From Escherichia phage mogra, in sequence record MN850579.1: a stretch of 64,000 nt of DNA, one strand, 5' to 3'. Both the position numbers and the translations under genes were made by a program. This document shows, piece after piece, positions 54,825 through 63,888 of this stretch; within the stretch, counting starts at the first letter, position 1; every line of letters starts with the position of its first letter. A model generated the notes under the pieces. That model was not told the origin of the DNA. It did no database searches and saw only the letters and a list, made by a program, of their open reading frames with translations.

Positions 54825-55061
54825 ATGGGTGGTTATGTAAACATCAAAACCTTTACGCATCCTGCGGGTGAAGGCAAAGAAGTTAAAGGTATGGAAGTTT
54901 CTGTACCGTTTGAGATTTATTCAAACGAACATCGGATTGCAGATTCTCATTACCAAATCTTTCCATCAGAAAAGGCAGCTTATTCTGATGTCGTTTCTGA
55001 TGCAGCAACTTGGAAAACTAAGAACGCTGCAATGTTTACCCCTACACCAGTAAGTGGTTAA
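54825..55061 (+). CDS. soc: small outer capsid protein Soc
   Basis: GYVNIKTF...HYQIFPSEKAAYS... matches recalled T4 Soc; 78 aa; late promoter and terminator flank it. Confidence 0.88.
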   Translation: MGGYVNIKTFTHPAGEGKEVKGMEVSVPFEIYSNEHRIADSHYQIFPSEKAAYSDVVSDAATWKTKNAAMFTPTPVSG

Positions 55062-55068
55062 ATAATTT

Positions 55069-55096
55069 AAGGAATCCTTCGGGATTCCTTTTTTTG
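55069..55096 (+). terminator. intrinsic terminator
   Basis: AAGGAATCC-TTCG-GGATTCCTT hairpin followed by TTTTTTT. Confidence 0.75.
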
Positions 55097-55162
55097 TTTC
55101 TACAGTTTACAACCACTAAAAACTGTGTTAAGATATTCTTACTTACTCAAGAGGAGAACAAT

Positions 55163-55390
55163 ATGTTAAATCGTTGGATTAAACCTAATAACACATTAGG
55201 TGCTTTGATTGCTCAAGAAGTTTCGTTGAAATACGGTCTTGGATATTATGATGATGTAGTCGTACACTCATTCATGATGGATGGTGAAGACGTCAAATTT
55301 AATGCCGAAATCCGTTGGGATGACGGTGGTGTTCGTTTTGTTCGAGGAACAATTAATGCTTACGATACTGAAGAAGTTGTTTGCTGTTAA
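55163..55390 (+). CDS. hypothetical protein
   Basis: ATG 55163 after GAGGAG; 75 aa; track start 55094 is upstream of the promoter. Confidence 0.5.
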   Translation: MLNRWIKPNNTLGALIAQEVSLKYGLGYYDDVVVHSFMMDGEDVKFNAEIRWDDGGVRFVRGTINAYDTEEVVCC

Positions 55391-55403
55391 ACCAGGCGAA
55401 GGT

Positions 55404-55604
55404 ATGATGCCTATTCCTGATACACATGAAAAAAGTTGGGAATATATCGGTGACGGAATGATGGAAGAAGTTGTTCGTCCAAAAACAAAACATGTTAATG
55501 CTTCAAGCTCTTCAAGTTATAATCATTCATACGTATCGTCTTGGCCTGGTGATTCTGGGTCAAGTTATTCTGATTGTGGTTCAAGCTCAGGGAGCTGCGA
55601 ATGA
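55404..55604 (+). CDS. small protein with Ser-rich C-terminus
   Basis: First in-frame ATG after upstream stop; ...NASSSSSYNHSYVSSWPGDSGSSYSDCGSSSGSCE; 66 aa. Confidence 0.4.
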   Translation: MMPIPDTHEKSWEYIGDGMMEEVVRPKTKHVNASSSSSYNHSYVSSWPGDSGSSYSDCGSSSGSCE

Positions 55605-55780
55605 ACAAGATAGTTAAATGGTTTAAAAGCTGGGACGATGGTGTCGGTCCAGAAGATTGGCTGGATGTTCTTGAAGAGAATATGGCTAAAGAATTCCAGA
55701 AACATGAAGAAAAGCTCGTCGAAGATGAAGGCGAACGTATTGTAAAACTTTATATGGGTGAACCATCGAGGAAATTATAA
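55601..55780 (+). CDS. hypothetical acidic protein
   Basis: ATG 55601 overlaps upstream stop (ATGA); 59 aa. Confidence 0.45.
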   Translation: MNKIVKWFKSWDDGVGPEDWLDVLEENMAKEFQKHEEKLVEDEGERIVKLYMGEPSRKL

Positions 55781-56244
55781 TGGATGCTATGCTATTTAAA
55801 ATGTATTTGCTTGAAGCCAAGTCGTTTAAACATATACCGGTGGAAGATAAGACCCCACTAGAAATAGCTATTCTCATTAACAAAAGTCTAAATAATCCGC
55901 AATATATCGTAGAAGAATTCTGCAAATTGCAGATTCCTAAAGGTTACAAAATTCGTGTAGAGCGAGTTGGAGCTATTACTCATTCTAAAAATTCTCCGTT
56001 TAGTCTTGAAGAAGGCATAAAGGACTTAGGGTATGAATCTACAGAAAATGCTGTTTATGTGAATCCTGAAAAGCGTTTAGACCTGTTTGAAAAGCGAGAC
56101 CATACGTATTTTGCCAAAAAATACTTTATTACATCATTAGCAGATTTAATCCATTTGCAACGAGCTATTTGGAAATTTTTTAAGACAAAAGGTGTAGCAC
56201 TAGAAACATTCTCTGAGCAGCCTAGTTTTTATCTCGGTGAATAA
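55780..56244 (+). CDS. hypothetical protein
   Basis: 154 aa. Confidence 0.55.
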   Translation: MDAMLFKMYLLEAKSFKHIPVEDKTPLEIAILINKSLNNPQYIVEEFCKLQIPKGYKIRVERVGAITHSKNSPFSLEEGIKDLGYESTENAVYVNPEKRLDLFEKRDHTYFAKKYFITSLADLIHLQRAIWKFFKTKGVALETFSEQPSFYLGE

Positions 56245-56245
56245 T

Positions 56246-56425
56246 ATGGACTTGATGAGTATGTTTGATGAGTCCGAAGTTGAGGCTCCTAAAGTGCATC
56301 GTAGTGAACTTGTTGATGAACTAGATAGTATTATACAACGACATGGCTTTAGTTTACCATTAGATGTCCTGAAAGACCTCGCCTCTTATTATGATGACCC
56401 TCCACCATGGAGTCCTTGGAAATGA
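56246..56425 (+). CDS. hypothetical acidic protein
   Basis: ATG 56246 one nt after upstream stop; 59 aa. Confidence 0.45.
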   Translation: MDLMSMFDESEVEAPKVHRSELVDELDSIIQRHGFSLPLDVLKDLASYYDDPPPWSPWK

Positions 56426-56586
56426 AAGAGAAATTTAAAGAGAAATTCTTACTAGAAATCAAGGAAAAAGACTTTGAGACATGGTATCGAATGGTGAAAG
56501 GGTTGACATTGCTTTTTAAAGCATCCTTATTCATGTTAGAACAACCTGGTCCTGATGGTCCTTTAGTAGGAAAGCTTAAAAAGTAG
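56422..56586 (+). CDS. hypothetical protein (54 aa)
   Basis: ATGA overlap; not in track. Confidence 0.4.
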   Translation: MKEKFKEKFLLEIKEKDFETWYRMVKGLTLLFKASLFMLEQPGPDGPLVGKLKK

Positions 56587-56641
56587 TTTACATTCCCTCC
56601 TCTCGTGTTATGATAGGCTTATCTTTAAATGGAGGTCTATC

Positions 56642-57223
56642 ATGACATGTCAATCTGAACTTCAAGAACGTGAATACCTAACAAATCTGATTGATAGCAA
56701 ATTCACCCACCAAGAACAAAACATTCTCTGGGCTTGCACCGATTCTAAGGAAGACCCGGATTTCCATTATGAATTAGACCATCTTGTTCGTAAGCATATG
56801 ACTTCTACAGTACCAGTAGAACTCTACCGTGGTGTAACTCCAGAAGAAGTAGAACGTCTTTCCCTTCTTTCTGTTGGATGCCATTGGTCTCCTGGACGAG
56901 TAACATCGTTCACAGCTGATTTCAGTACAGCTCGTCAATTCTCTGGGAGATGGGAATATCAGACGTACACTATTCTTAGTCTCAGGAATGCTCCGTTCAT
57001 TTTTGATTACTACCAAAACATGGTTAACATTGTACTCGCCGGAAAGAACCCTAAGCATGTTATGGAAGAAACGCGTGTTGACGTCCTAGATATGATTGAA
57101 TCTGAACAAGAGTACATGGTCTCAGGTATCTCTAGATTTGAGATTGTGGAAATTGAAGACTTAGAATATGACCCTTTATCTCGGTTATACAAAATCATTC
57201 ATTTGAAAATGTTGAATTTTTAG
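56642..57223 (+). CDS. Mod-family ADP-ribosyltransferase (modB position)
   Basis: R-S-E ART signature: LYRGV, FTADFSTARQF, ESEQEYMVSG; 193 aa; paralog of next gene. Confidence 0.72.
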   Translation: MTCQSELQEREYLTNLIDSKFTHQEQNILWACTDSKEDPDFHYELDHLVRKHMTSTVPVELYRGVTPEEVERLSLLSVGCHWSPGRVTSFTADFSTARQFSGRWEYQTYTILSLRNAPFIFDYYQNMVNIVLAGKNPKHVMEETRVDVLDMIESEQEYMVSGISRFEIVEIEDLEYDPLSRLYKIIHLKMLNF

Positions 57224-57280
57224 TGTACAAACTCTACCGACGATGATACTATACTTTTATCAACCACAGGAGAAACCTAA

Positions 57281-57889
57281 ATGTTTATGCCGTATAACGA
57301 GTGTGAAATTGAAGAAATGGTTCGACGTGCTCAATGCCCGGATTATCAATATATGCTTCAGTACAAAATCGATGAGCAATTCAGCGACATTGAACAAAGT
57401 GTACTGTGGCAGTGTATGGAAAACAAGCCTGATAGCATCCAACAAGATTTAAGTGCAATTGTTCGTAGAAATTGGTCTTCTTCAGTTCCTGAGACAATGT
57501 ATCGTGGAATCTCTAAGAAAACTATGGCTACACTCGATGATAAAAGCATTGGTAGTATTATTAAATTTGACAGAGTAATGAGCTTTAGTCCGGTGTTTGG
57601 TGTAGCACGTAACTTCGCTTCATATAATTTTTATGGAACATTTAATATGTTCTGCATCAAAGATGCACCATTTGCTTTCAACTTCCGTGAACATATGCTT
57701 AACATGATTCTGGCTGCGCCATCTTGTGAGTTCAATGGAGCTTTCCCTGAAGCGACAAGACGGTCTAATGCTAGACTTATATCTGACGAATGTGAATTTA
57801 TGCTCCCTATAGGGACTACACTGCGTGTAGATTCTATTATTCAAGATGGACGTTATACAATCTGGAATCTGTCTATTGTCAGTTACTGA
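57281..57889 (+). CDS. Mod-family ADP-ribosyltransferase (modA position)
   Basis: R-S-E ART signature: MYRGI, MSFSPVFGVARNF, SDECEFMLP; 202 aa. Confidence 0.72.
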   Translation: MFMPYNECEIEEMVRRAQCPDYQYMLQYKIDEQFSDIEQSVLWQCMENKPDSIQQDLSAIVRRNWSSSVPETMYRGISKKTMATLDDKSIGSIIKFDRVMSFSPVFGVARNFASYNFYGTFNMFCIKDAPFAFNFREHMLNMILAAPSCEFNGAFPEATRRSNARLISDECEFMLPIGTTLRVDSIIQDGRYTIWNLSIVSY

Positions 57890-58041
57890 CTGAATTGGAA
57901 TAACCGGATGGAACTCAGAACCATTATAACACATAAAAAATTAAAGCATTTTACGAAAAAAGAGTGTACACTACCTGAGGGCATGATATTATAAGCTTAT
58001 CAGCTAAATGACCTAACGTCCGTAAGACAGAGGAAAATATT

Positions 58042-58788
58042 ATGTTATCAAATAATAAAATTAACAAAATCAATCGTCGTCTTGACCACACCAGAGCTTC
58101 TGCGAAGAGACGCTCTAAGGATTTTAACTTAGACTTTAATTACCTTAAAAACATTCTTGACCAAAAGGTCTGCGCTTACTCAGGTGAATCTTTTAATAAC
58201 TCTGTTGAAGGTGAGAAATTATCCTTAGAACGTTTTAATAATGATATAGGCTACATTAAAGGCAATGTTATCCCAGTTAAGAAAAAATATAACACGGCTC
58301 GTTCTGATTTAACATTAGAAGAACTTATTGTGAAACGTGATGCCATTGCAAGACGTATCGCTAATCCTTCTGCCCGTAAAGTAGAGAAACTTAATCTCGA
58401 TGAGAAGAAATGGGCCCAAATTAAAAATGTTTATGGTACTATTTTAAAAATCCGAGCAAAACGTGAAAATCGTGTTAAGCATATGGCGAACATGATGAAA
58501 AATCAACCTTTATCTAACGAATCTAAACTTAGAATTGTTGCTTTGAAAGCACGCATTAATGGTTCACATCAAGCAGAAGGCCATGAACTTACTAAACTCA
58601 ACGTTCTTCTTAAAGGCTCTGACTGGAAAACTAAAACTAAATTAACTGACGCTGAATCGCTTTTCGATACATATGATAAAGTTATCCAAGGTCTGCAACG
58701 TTTTGAAAAGATTGGTTTCATTGGTAAATTAAAATTGAAACGTGGCTTACCACTTAGCGCATCATTATTCCAACTGATTAAAGGTTAA
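58042..58788 (+). CDS. hypothetical basic protein (srd position)
   Basis: 248 aa between Mod genes and dda; LERFNNDIGYIKGNV motif of uncertain meaning. Confidence 0.55.
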   Translation: MLSNNKINKINRRLDHTRASAKRRSKDFNLDFNYLKNILDQKVCAYSGESFNNSVEGEKLSLERFNNDIGYIKGNVIPVKKKYNTARSDLTLEELIVKRDAIARRIANPSARKVEKLNLDEKKWAQIKNVYGTILKIRAKRENRVKHMANMMKNQPLSNESKLRIVALKARINGSHQAEGHELTKLNVLLKGSDWKTKTKLTDAESLFDTYDKVIQGLQRFEKIGFIGKLKLKRGLPLSASLFQLIKG

Positions 58789-58790
58789 TT

Positions 58791-59102
58791 ATGGTTTATG
58801 TATATGCAATAGTTTATCGAGATATGGAAGGATTTACTGTCCCGGTTCCACTTGATGAGCATCGTCCTGCGGTATTTTTTAGAAAGGATATTGCAGATAA
58901 AGTTTTCGATACTTTGAAAACACAGTATAAAACAGATTTAAAAATGGGAGTTCTAAGAATGGTCGAAACTCCGCGTAAGTTCTGGTTTAATAAGCTTGAA
59001 ATGAAACACATTAAACTAGATGCGGAGACGCAAAGATTGTATCAACGAATCCTGGACACAGGACGTATTGTTAGTATTCCAATTGCAGGGACTTTACGAT
59101 GA
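58791..59102 (+). CDS. hypothetical protein (dda.1 position)
   Basis: 103 aa; ATGA-coupled to dda. Confidence 0.5.
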   Translation: MVYVYAIVYRDMEGFTVPVPLDEHRPAVFFRKDIADKVFDTLKTQYKTDLKMGVLRMVETPRKFWFNKLEMKHIKLDAETQRLYQRILDTGRIVSIPIAGTLR

Positions 59103-60412
59103 CATTTGATGATTTGACTGACGGCCAGAAAAACGCCTTCAACGTTGTTATGAAAGCTATTAAAGAAAAGAAACATCACGTAACTATTAATGGGCCTGCT
59201 GGTACAGGTAAAACAACCCTTACTAGATTTATTGTTGAAGCTCTTATTTCTGCCGGAGAATCAGGTATTATTTTAGCAGCCCCTACACATGCTGCTAAAA
59301 AGGTTCTAAGCAAACTTGCGGGTCAAGAAGCATCGACTATTCATAGCATTCTTAAAATCAACCCAACTACATACGAAGAAAACGTATTGTTTGAACAGAA
59401 AAAGGTTCCAGACTTAGCCTTGTGCCGTGTACTGTTATTTGATGAAGCGTCAATGTGCGACCGTTCTCTGTTTAAAATAATGTTAGCTAGTATCCCTAAA
59501 TGGTGTACAGTAATTGGAATTGGTGACCGATGTCAGATTCGACCGGTAGACCCAGGCGAATCAACTGCGTATCTAAGTCCTTTCTTCACTCACAAAGACT
59601 TCGTGCAATGCAACCTTACAGAAGTTAAACGTAGCAATGCACCAATTATTGATGTTGCGACTGATATTCGTAATGGCAAATGGATTTACGATAAAGTAGT
59701 TGATGGACACGGTGTTCACGGATATACAGACCTTAAATCGTATATGATGAACTATTTTAACGTCGTTAAAACTCCTGAAGACCTTTTCGAAAATCGAATG
59801 ATGGCATTCACAAATAAGTCTGTGGACAAGTTAAATTCAATTATTCGACGAAAACTTCTTGAAACAGAAAAACCATTTATTAAAGACGAAGTCATTGTTC
59901 TACAAGAGCCATTTACTAAGACATATAAGTTAGATGGTAAAAATATGACCGAAATGCTTTTCAATAACGGGCAATTCGTTCGTATTCGAGATGCTGTAGA
60001 AACGTCTACATTCGTTAAAGCACGTGGTGTTTCAGGCGAATATATGATACGATACTGGAATCTTACAGTAGAAACATATGGGGATGATGAAGAATACATC
60101 CGCGAAGATATAAAGGTTATTTCTTCCGAAGAAGAGCTTTATAAATTCAATTTGTTTTTGGCTAAGACCGCAGAAACATACAAATTTTGGAATAAAGGTG
60201 GTAAAGCTCCATGGAGCGAATTCTGGGATGCTAAACGTATGTTCACTAAGGTGAAGGCACTACCAGTATCAACCTTCCATAAGGCCCAGGGTATGTCTGT
60301 TGACACGGCCTTTGTTTATACACCGTGTATCCATTATGCCGATTCAGAATTAGCTAAACAGTTATTGTATGTCGGCACAACTCGTGGTCGGTTTGACGTC
60401 CATTTTATTTGA
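59099..60412 (+). CDS. dda: SF1 DNA helicase Dda
   Basis: Walker A NGPAGTGKTT; Walker B LLFDEASM; 437 aa. Confidence 0.92.
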   Translation: MTFDDLTDGQKNAFNVVMKAIKEKKHHVTINGPAGTGKTTLTRFIVEALISAGESGIILAAPTHAAKKVLSKLAGQEASTIHSILKINPTTYEENVLFEQKKVPDLALCRVLLFDEASMCDRSLFKIMLASIPKWCTVIGIGDRCQIRPVDPGESTAYLSPFFTHKDFVQCNLTEVKRSNAPIIDVATDIRNGKWIYDKVVDGHGVHGYTDLKSYMMNYFNVVKTPEDLFENRMMAFTNKSVDKLNSIIRRKLLETEKPFIKDEVIVLQEPFTKTYKLDGKNMTEMLFNNGQFVRIRDAVETSTFVKARGVSGEYMIRYWNLTVETYGDDEEYIREDIKVISSEEELYKFNLFLAKTAETYKFWNKGGKAPWSEFWDAKRMFTKVKALPVSTFHKAQGMSVDTAFVYTPCIHYADSELAKQLLYVGTTRGRFDVHFI

Positions 60413-60421
60413 GAGAAAATT

Positions 60422-61099
60422 ATGAGCACTGATGTTATTATAGATTTTGAAACATTCGGCAATACATCAAAAGCGGCTGTTATTGACCTTGCGGTTATTG
60501 CATATAATTCCGACCCTGAAGTTGTTGAATCATTTGAAGAACTTGTTCAACGAGGTAAGCGAATTAAATTTAATTTAGCTTCTCAGAAAGGGAAGCGAGT
60601 TTTCGCTAAATCCACTATGAAATGGTGGAAAGAACAATCGGCTGAAGCGCGTAAAAACTTGGCTCCGTCTGAAGACGATGTCACTACGCTTGAAGGCATT
60701 AAAATCTTTTTAGATTATTGTCGAGCTAATAAAGTTGACCAATGGAAATCGCAAATGTGGTGCCGTGGTATGAGCTTTGACTTCCCAATATTGGTTGATT
60801 TGATTCGTGACCTCTATCGTGATGAAGGTGTTCTTGAACCAGATATTGATACTGATAAATTAGAACCGGTTAAATTCTGGGCTCAACGCGATATTCGTAC
60901 GGCAATCGAAGCTTACTCGTTGACACGAGGATTAAGTATGTGTCCATTACCGATGGGTACGCTAAAAGGATTCGTTGCCCATGATAGTATTCATGATTGT
61001 GCTAAAGATATTTTGATGTTAAAATATGCTCAGCGTTATGCGCTTGGCCTTGAAGATGTCCCTGAGAATCCTGACCCGTTAAGTGTAAAACAGCGATAA
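60422..61099 (+). CDS. dexA: exonuclease A (DEDD 3'-5' exonuclease)
   Basis: Exo I motif VIIDFETFG; 225 aa immediately after dda as in T4. Confidence 0.8.
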   Translation: MSTDVIIDFETFGNTSKAAVIDLAVIAYNSDPEVVESFEELVQRGKRIKFNLASQKGKRVFAKSTMKWWKEQSAEARKNLAPSEDDVTTLEGIKIFLDYCRANKVDQWKSQMWCRGMSFDFPILVDLIRDLYRDEGVLEPDIDTDKLEPVKFWAQRDIRTAIEAYSLTRGLSMCPLPMGTLKGFVAHDSIHDCAKDILMLKYAQRYALGLEDVPENPDPLSVKQR

Positions 61100-61104
61100 A
61101 ATCA

Positions 61105-61134
61105 GTTTACAACCAAGGACGGCTGGAGTATAAT
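61105..61134 (+). promoter_or_regulatory. promoter module GTTTAC-AACCAAGGACGGCTGGAG-TATAAT
   Basis: Variant (2 mismatches) of the 19103/20098/61663 module; TATAAT 61129-61134. Confidence 0.5.
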
Positions 61135-61164
61135 CTTTCTATCTTAACCAAACAGGAAAACATT

Positions 61165-61659
61165 ATGAATATCAATACTACGGCTACTTACATCCTGAAA
61201 GACGAAAAACAAATCAACTGGTACGGTGCTTCAGTGCGAGCTTATGAAAAGTTTTGTGAAATTTTAGGTGCCACTCAAGGTAATAGTTTTACTATTGTTA
61301 ACTTCATCAAACAAGCTGAAGGCCCTTGGTTATTCTTAGAAATTAAAAATTCATATGGTACAATTTCTACTACCGCCCTTCCAAGCACCGACTTTGAACT
61401 GTTGATTGAAGAAGTAGAACCCGTTAAAGACATCTGTATTGATATGGATATCGCTTGTATGTACGGTACTCTGATTAAGCCTATTGAGCCTACTGATTTG
61501 TTGTGTAAAGCTGTTTCAATTCGACGTCCGTTCGCAGGACCAGTGAGTGGATGGGTAACTGATCAATGGATTGAAAATGGTGTTGAACTTCTGAACGTAG
61601 TTCATGCAGGTGATTTTAGTGTAGTTCCACGTAGTGCTGTGGTTAATATTCTAAATTAA
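61165..61659 (+). CDS. hypothetical protein, DQW(I/V)E(D/N)G family member 1
   Basis: 164 aa; C-terminal ...GWVTDQWIENGVELLNVVHAGDFSVVP shared with next two genes. Confidence 0.55.
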   Translation: MNINTTATYILKDEKQINWYGASVRAYEKFCEILGATQGNSFTIVNFIKQAEGPWLFLEIKNSYGTISTTALPSTDFELLIEEVEPVKDICIDMDIACMYGTLIKPIEPTDLLCKAVSIRRPFAGPVSGWVTDQWIENGVELLNVVHAGDFSVVPRSAVVNILN

Positions 61660-61662
61660 TGT

Positions 61663-61691
61663 TGTACAACCAAGGATGGTTGGAGTATAAT
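61663..61691 (+). promoter_or_regulatory. promoter module TGTACA-ACCAAGGATGGTTGGAG-TATAAT
   Basis: Identical spacer to the 19103 and 20098 copies; TATAAT 61686-61691. Confidence 0.55.
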
Positions 61692-61721
61692 GAATTCAAC
61701 TTAAACAAAGAGAGAAAAATT

Positions 61722-62177
61722 ATGATTACTATTGGTGAAATTAAGCGTGTATCAACTGCATCCCGTTCTAAAGCCGCAGGTCGTCTGGTTGAAGTTGTCG
61801 GACTTCGCACAAATGGCATGGGACGTATTAAAGAAGTTAAAGTTCGAATCATTCCTAGTTTTGGACGTCAGGATACTCAGTACGCTTACGTAAGTCCTAA
61901 ATTCTTGGAAACTCATGTGAGCGCTCATTTTGCTTCTACTGAACCTAATGTACAGTTCAAATGGGCTCTTTGTAAAGGTGTTGAATTCCAGACTGATAAA
62001 GAATTTGACTTCATCGATGAATACGGTTATCCAAGCAAAACTGATACTATGTGTGGCTTCATTAGTGACCAATGGGTTGAAGATGGTGAAAAGTTATACA
62101 ATATCGTATTCTTAGGTGACTTCCGAGTTGTTAAAGAATCTGAAATCACTCGCTATGTGTCTCCTCGTAAAGCTTAA
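61722..62177 (+). CDS. hypothetical protein, DQW(I/V)E(D/N)G family member 2
   Basis: ATG 61722; track start 61659 lies within the promoter module; ...GFISDQWVEDGEKLYNIVFLGDFRVV. Confidence 0.55.
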   Translation: MITIGEIKRVSTASRSKAAGRLVEVVGLRTNGMGRIKEVKVRIIPSFGRQDTQYAYVSPKFLETHVSAHFASTEPNVQFKWALCKGVEFQTDKEFDFIDEYGYPSKTDTMCGFISDQWVEDGEKLYNIVFLGDFRVVKESEITRYVSPRKA

Positions 62178-62186
62178 GGAATTATT

Positions 62187-62606
62187 ATGAATATTGCAAA
62201 TCTCTCTATTGGTGATTATGTACACGTATCGGATGCTTCTCGCTCTAAAGTTGCCGGGAAGTTGGTTGAAGTTCTTTCTGTGAGTGATCCGGTTTTTGGA
62301 CGTAACGAAGTTAAAGTTCGTGACGCAGATGGTAACATTGGTTACGTTAAAAGCCAATTCATTGAGCCAGAAGAACGTGCGTTCAAATGGAAACTGTGCA
62401 GGTCTGTTTTAGTTGTAAAAGACCACAAATTTACTATTGCTGCTGCAACTGACGGGTCTCCATGGAAAACGAATCAAGTTGCTGGCTTTATTTCGGACCA
62501 ATGGGTAGAAGATGGTGTTAAGCTTTATAACATCGTTTTCGCTGGACAGTTCATGGTAGTTCCTGAGTTCCAAATCAAAAAATATTGTCCAGCATCTTTT
62601 GCATAA
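62187..62606 (+). CDS. hypothetical protein, DQW(I/V)E(D/N)G family member 3
   Basis: 139 aa; ...GFISDQWVEDGVKLYNIVFAGQFMVVP. Confidence 0.55.
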   Translation: MNIANLSIGDYVHVSDASRSKVAGKLVEVLSVSDPVFGRNEVKVRDADGNIGYVKSQFIEPEERAFKWKLCRSVLVVKDHKFTIAAATDGSPWKTNQVAGFISDQWVEDGVKLYNIVFAGQFMVVPEFQIKKYCPASFA

Positions 62607-62610
62607 AGTT

Positions 62611-62661
62611 GTTTACTTCTCCTCCGGTTTTGATATTATAACCATATCAACCAGAGGAGAA
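62611..62661 (+). promoter_or_regulatory. early-type promoter embedded in an inverted repeat that can sequester the SD
   Basis: GTTTAC 62611-62616; arm TTCTCCTCCGGTT 62617-62629; TATTAT 62634-62639; complement AACCAGAGGAGAA 62649-62661 (one mismatch). Confidence 0.55.
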
Positions 62662-62665
62662 TAAT

Positions 62666-63190
62666 ATGTTAGTTTATCGCGTAGAACGTAGTTTTTGTAC
62701 TCAACGTGAATCATTACCAGGAATTGCTATCGAAGATGGTAAAGCCGTCAGAATTTGGGAAACCTCTTGGAATAAAGAACCTCGCTCGCCATACGGTTGG
62801 TCGGGCACCGACAACTCTGAAGAAACATGGGAGTTCCTTGATAAGCATGGAATACTCTCAGGTAACTTCTACCATCACGGCGACAACTATAATGTCCCTA
62901 ATCGTCCTACAGTAAATGAAGACAAACTCCTTGAACAAAATATCTTAAGATACCATAGAATTGAGCACACATTTGAATTGAGTGAAGATTGGGCTCAAGG
63001 GTTCTATTTTGGATTTGAAAGTGTTGACGCGGTTTATGCATGGTTTGATGACCAGGTGGATGTTGAACTCTTGAAAGCTAAAGGATACTACATCGCGGTC
63101 TATGAAGCACCTGATTTCATCCTCGGAAGTTGTCAATTAATGTTCAGACGTTCATTGGCAGAACAAGTTGATTTTATTTTGCTAAAATGA
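62666..63190 (+). CDS. hypothetical protein
   Basis: 174 aa. Confidence 0.55.
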   Translation: MLVYRVERSFCTQRESLPGIAIEDGKAVRIWETSWNKEPRSPYGWSGTDNSEETWEFLDKHGILSGNFYHHGDNYNVPNRPTVNEDKLLEQNILRYHRIEHTFELSEDWAQGFYFGFESVDAVYAWFDDQVDVELLKAKGYYIAVYEAPDFILGSCQLMFRRSLAEQVDFILLK

Positions 63191-63247
63191 TGTACAACAA
63201 CTGTGGTCTATGATACTATAGACCTATCAAAACAAGAGGAGAATATT

Positions 63248-63475
63248 ATGAAACGTCAAATCATTAAAAACGTAACTACTGATTCAAACATCGATGAGTT
63301 TGAAGATGTTCTGTTTAATCCTGATTTAGTTGTTGTACAGAAAAACTGGACCGAATTTTTATGCTACACCGAAGTGGTTTACGTTTACGAAAAACTCGGT
63401 GACGAAATGCCTATCTATGGTATCTTCCGTGAAATCACTGAAAACGGTACAACTTATTGGAAGGAAACTTACTAA
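63248..63475 (+). CDS. hypothetical protein
   Basis: ATG 63248 after AGAGGAG; 75 aa; track start 63203 is inside the promoter. Confidence 0.5.
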   Translation: MKRQIIKNVTTDSNIDEFEDVLFNPDLVVVQKNWTEFLCYTEVVYVYEKLGDEMPIYGIFREITENGTTYWKETY

Positions 63476-63888
63476 TGGCTAATAAATTTGAAGTTAATAA
63501 ATGGTATCAGTTCATAGATAAACGTGCCCAAGAAGAGTTTATTAAAGACCACACTGATAATGGGATTTATGCACGACGTCTTGGCATGGAACCATTTAAA
63601 GTATTAGATGTTGACCATCTTGGTCGTCCTACTAAAATTGTGACATCTACTGGCATGGTTGGATACGCAACAGGCGGTGATATCCTTGATGAAAACTTTA
63701 TCTGGCTCTCCACGAATGAAGCAGAGTTCTTTGACGAAGTTGGAAATCTGTATCAAGCGTCAGAAGAGCAAGATTCTGGTGAACTTGATGAATTGTCTGA
63801 ATTTCCTGTGATGACGATTACTATCAAAAATAATGACCAGGCATGGTCTTTGTATCAAATGTTGAAAGCTCACTTTAAGGAACAATAA
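63475..63888 (+). CDS. hypothetical acidic protein
   Basis: ATG 63475 overlaps upstream stop (TAATG); 137 aa. Confidence 0.55.
   Translation: MANKFEVNKWYQFIDKRAQEEFIKDHTDNGIYARRLGMEPFKVLDVDHLGRPTKIVTSTGMVGYATGGDILDENFIWLSTNEAEFFDEVGNLYQASEEQDSGELDELSEFPVMTITIKNNDQAWSLYQMLKAHFKEQ

Noticed and set aside
58042-58788. HNH-type homing endonuclease
   Set aside because: The LERFNNDIGYIKGNV stretch resembles part of some HNH-associated motifs, but no His/Asn/His catalytic set or zinc ligands are evident; position matches T4 srd.
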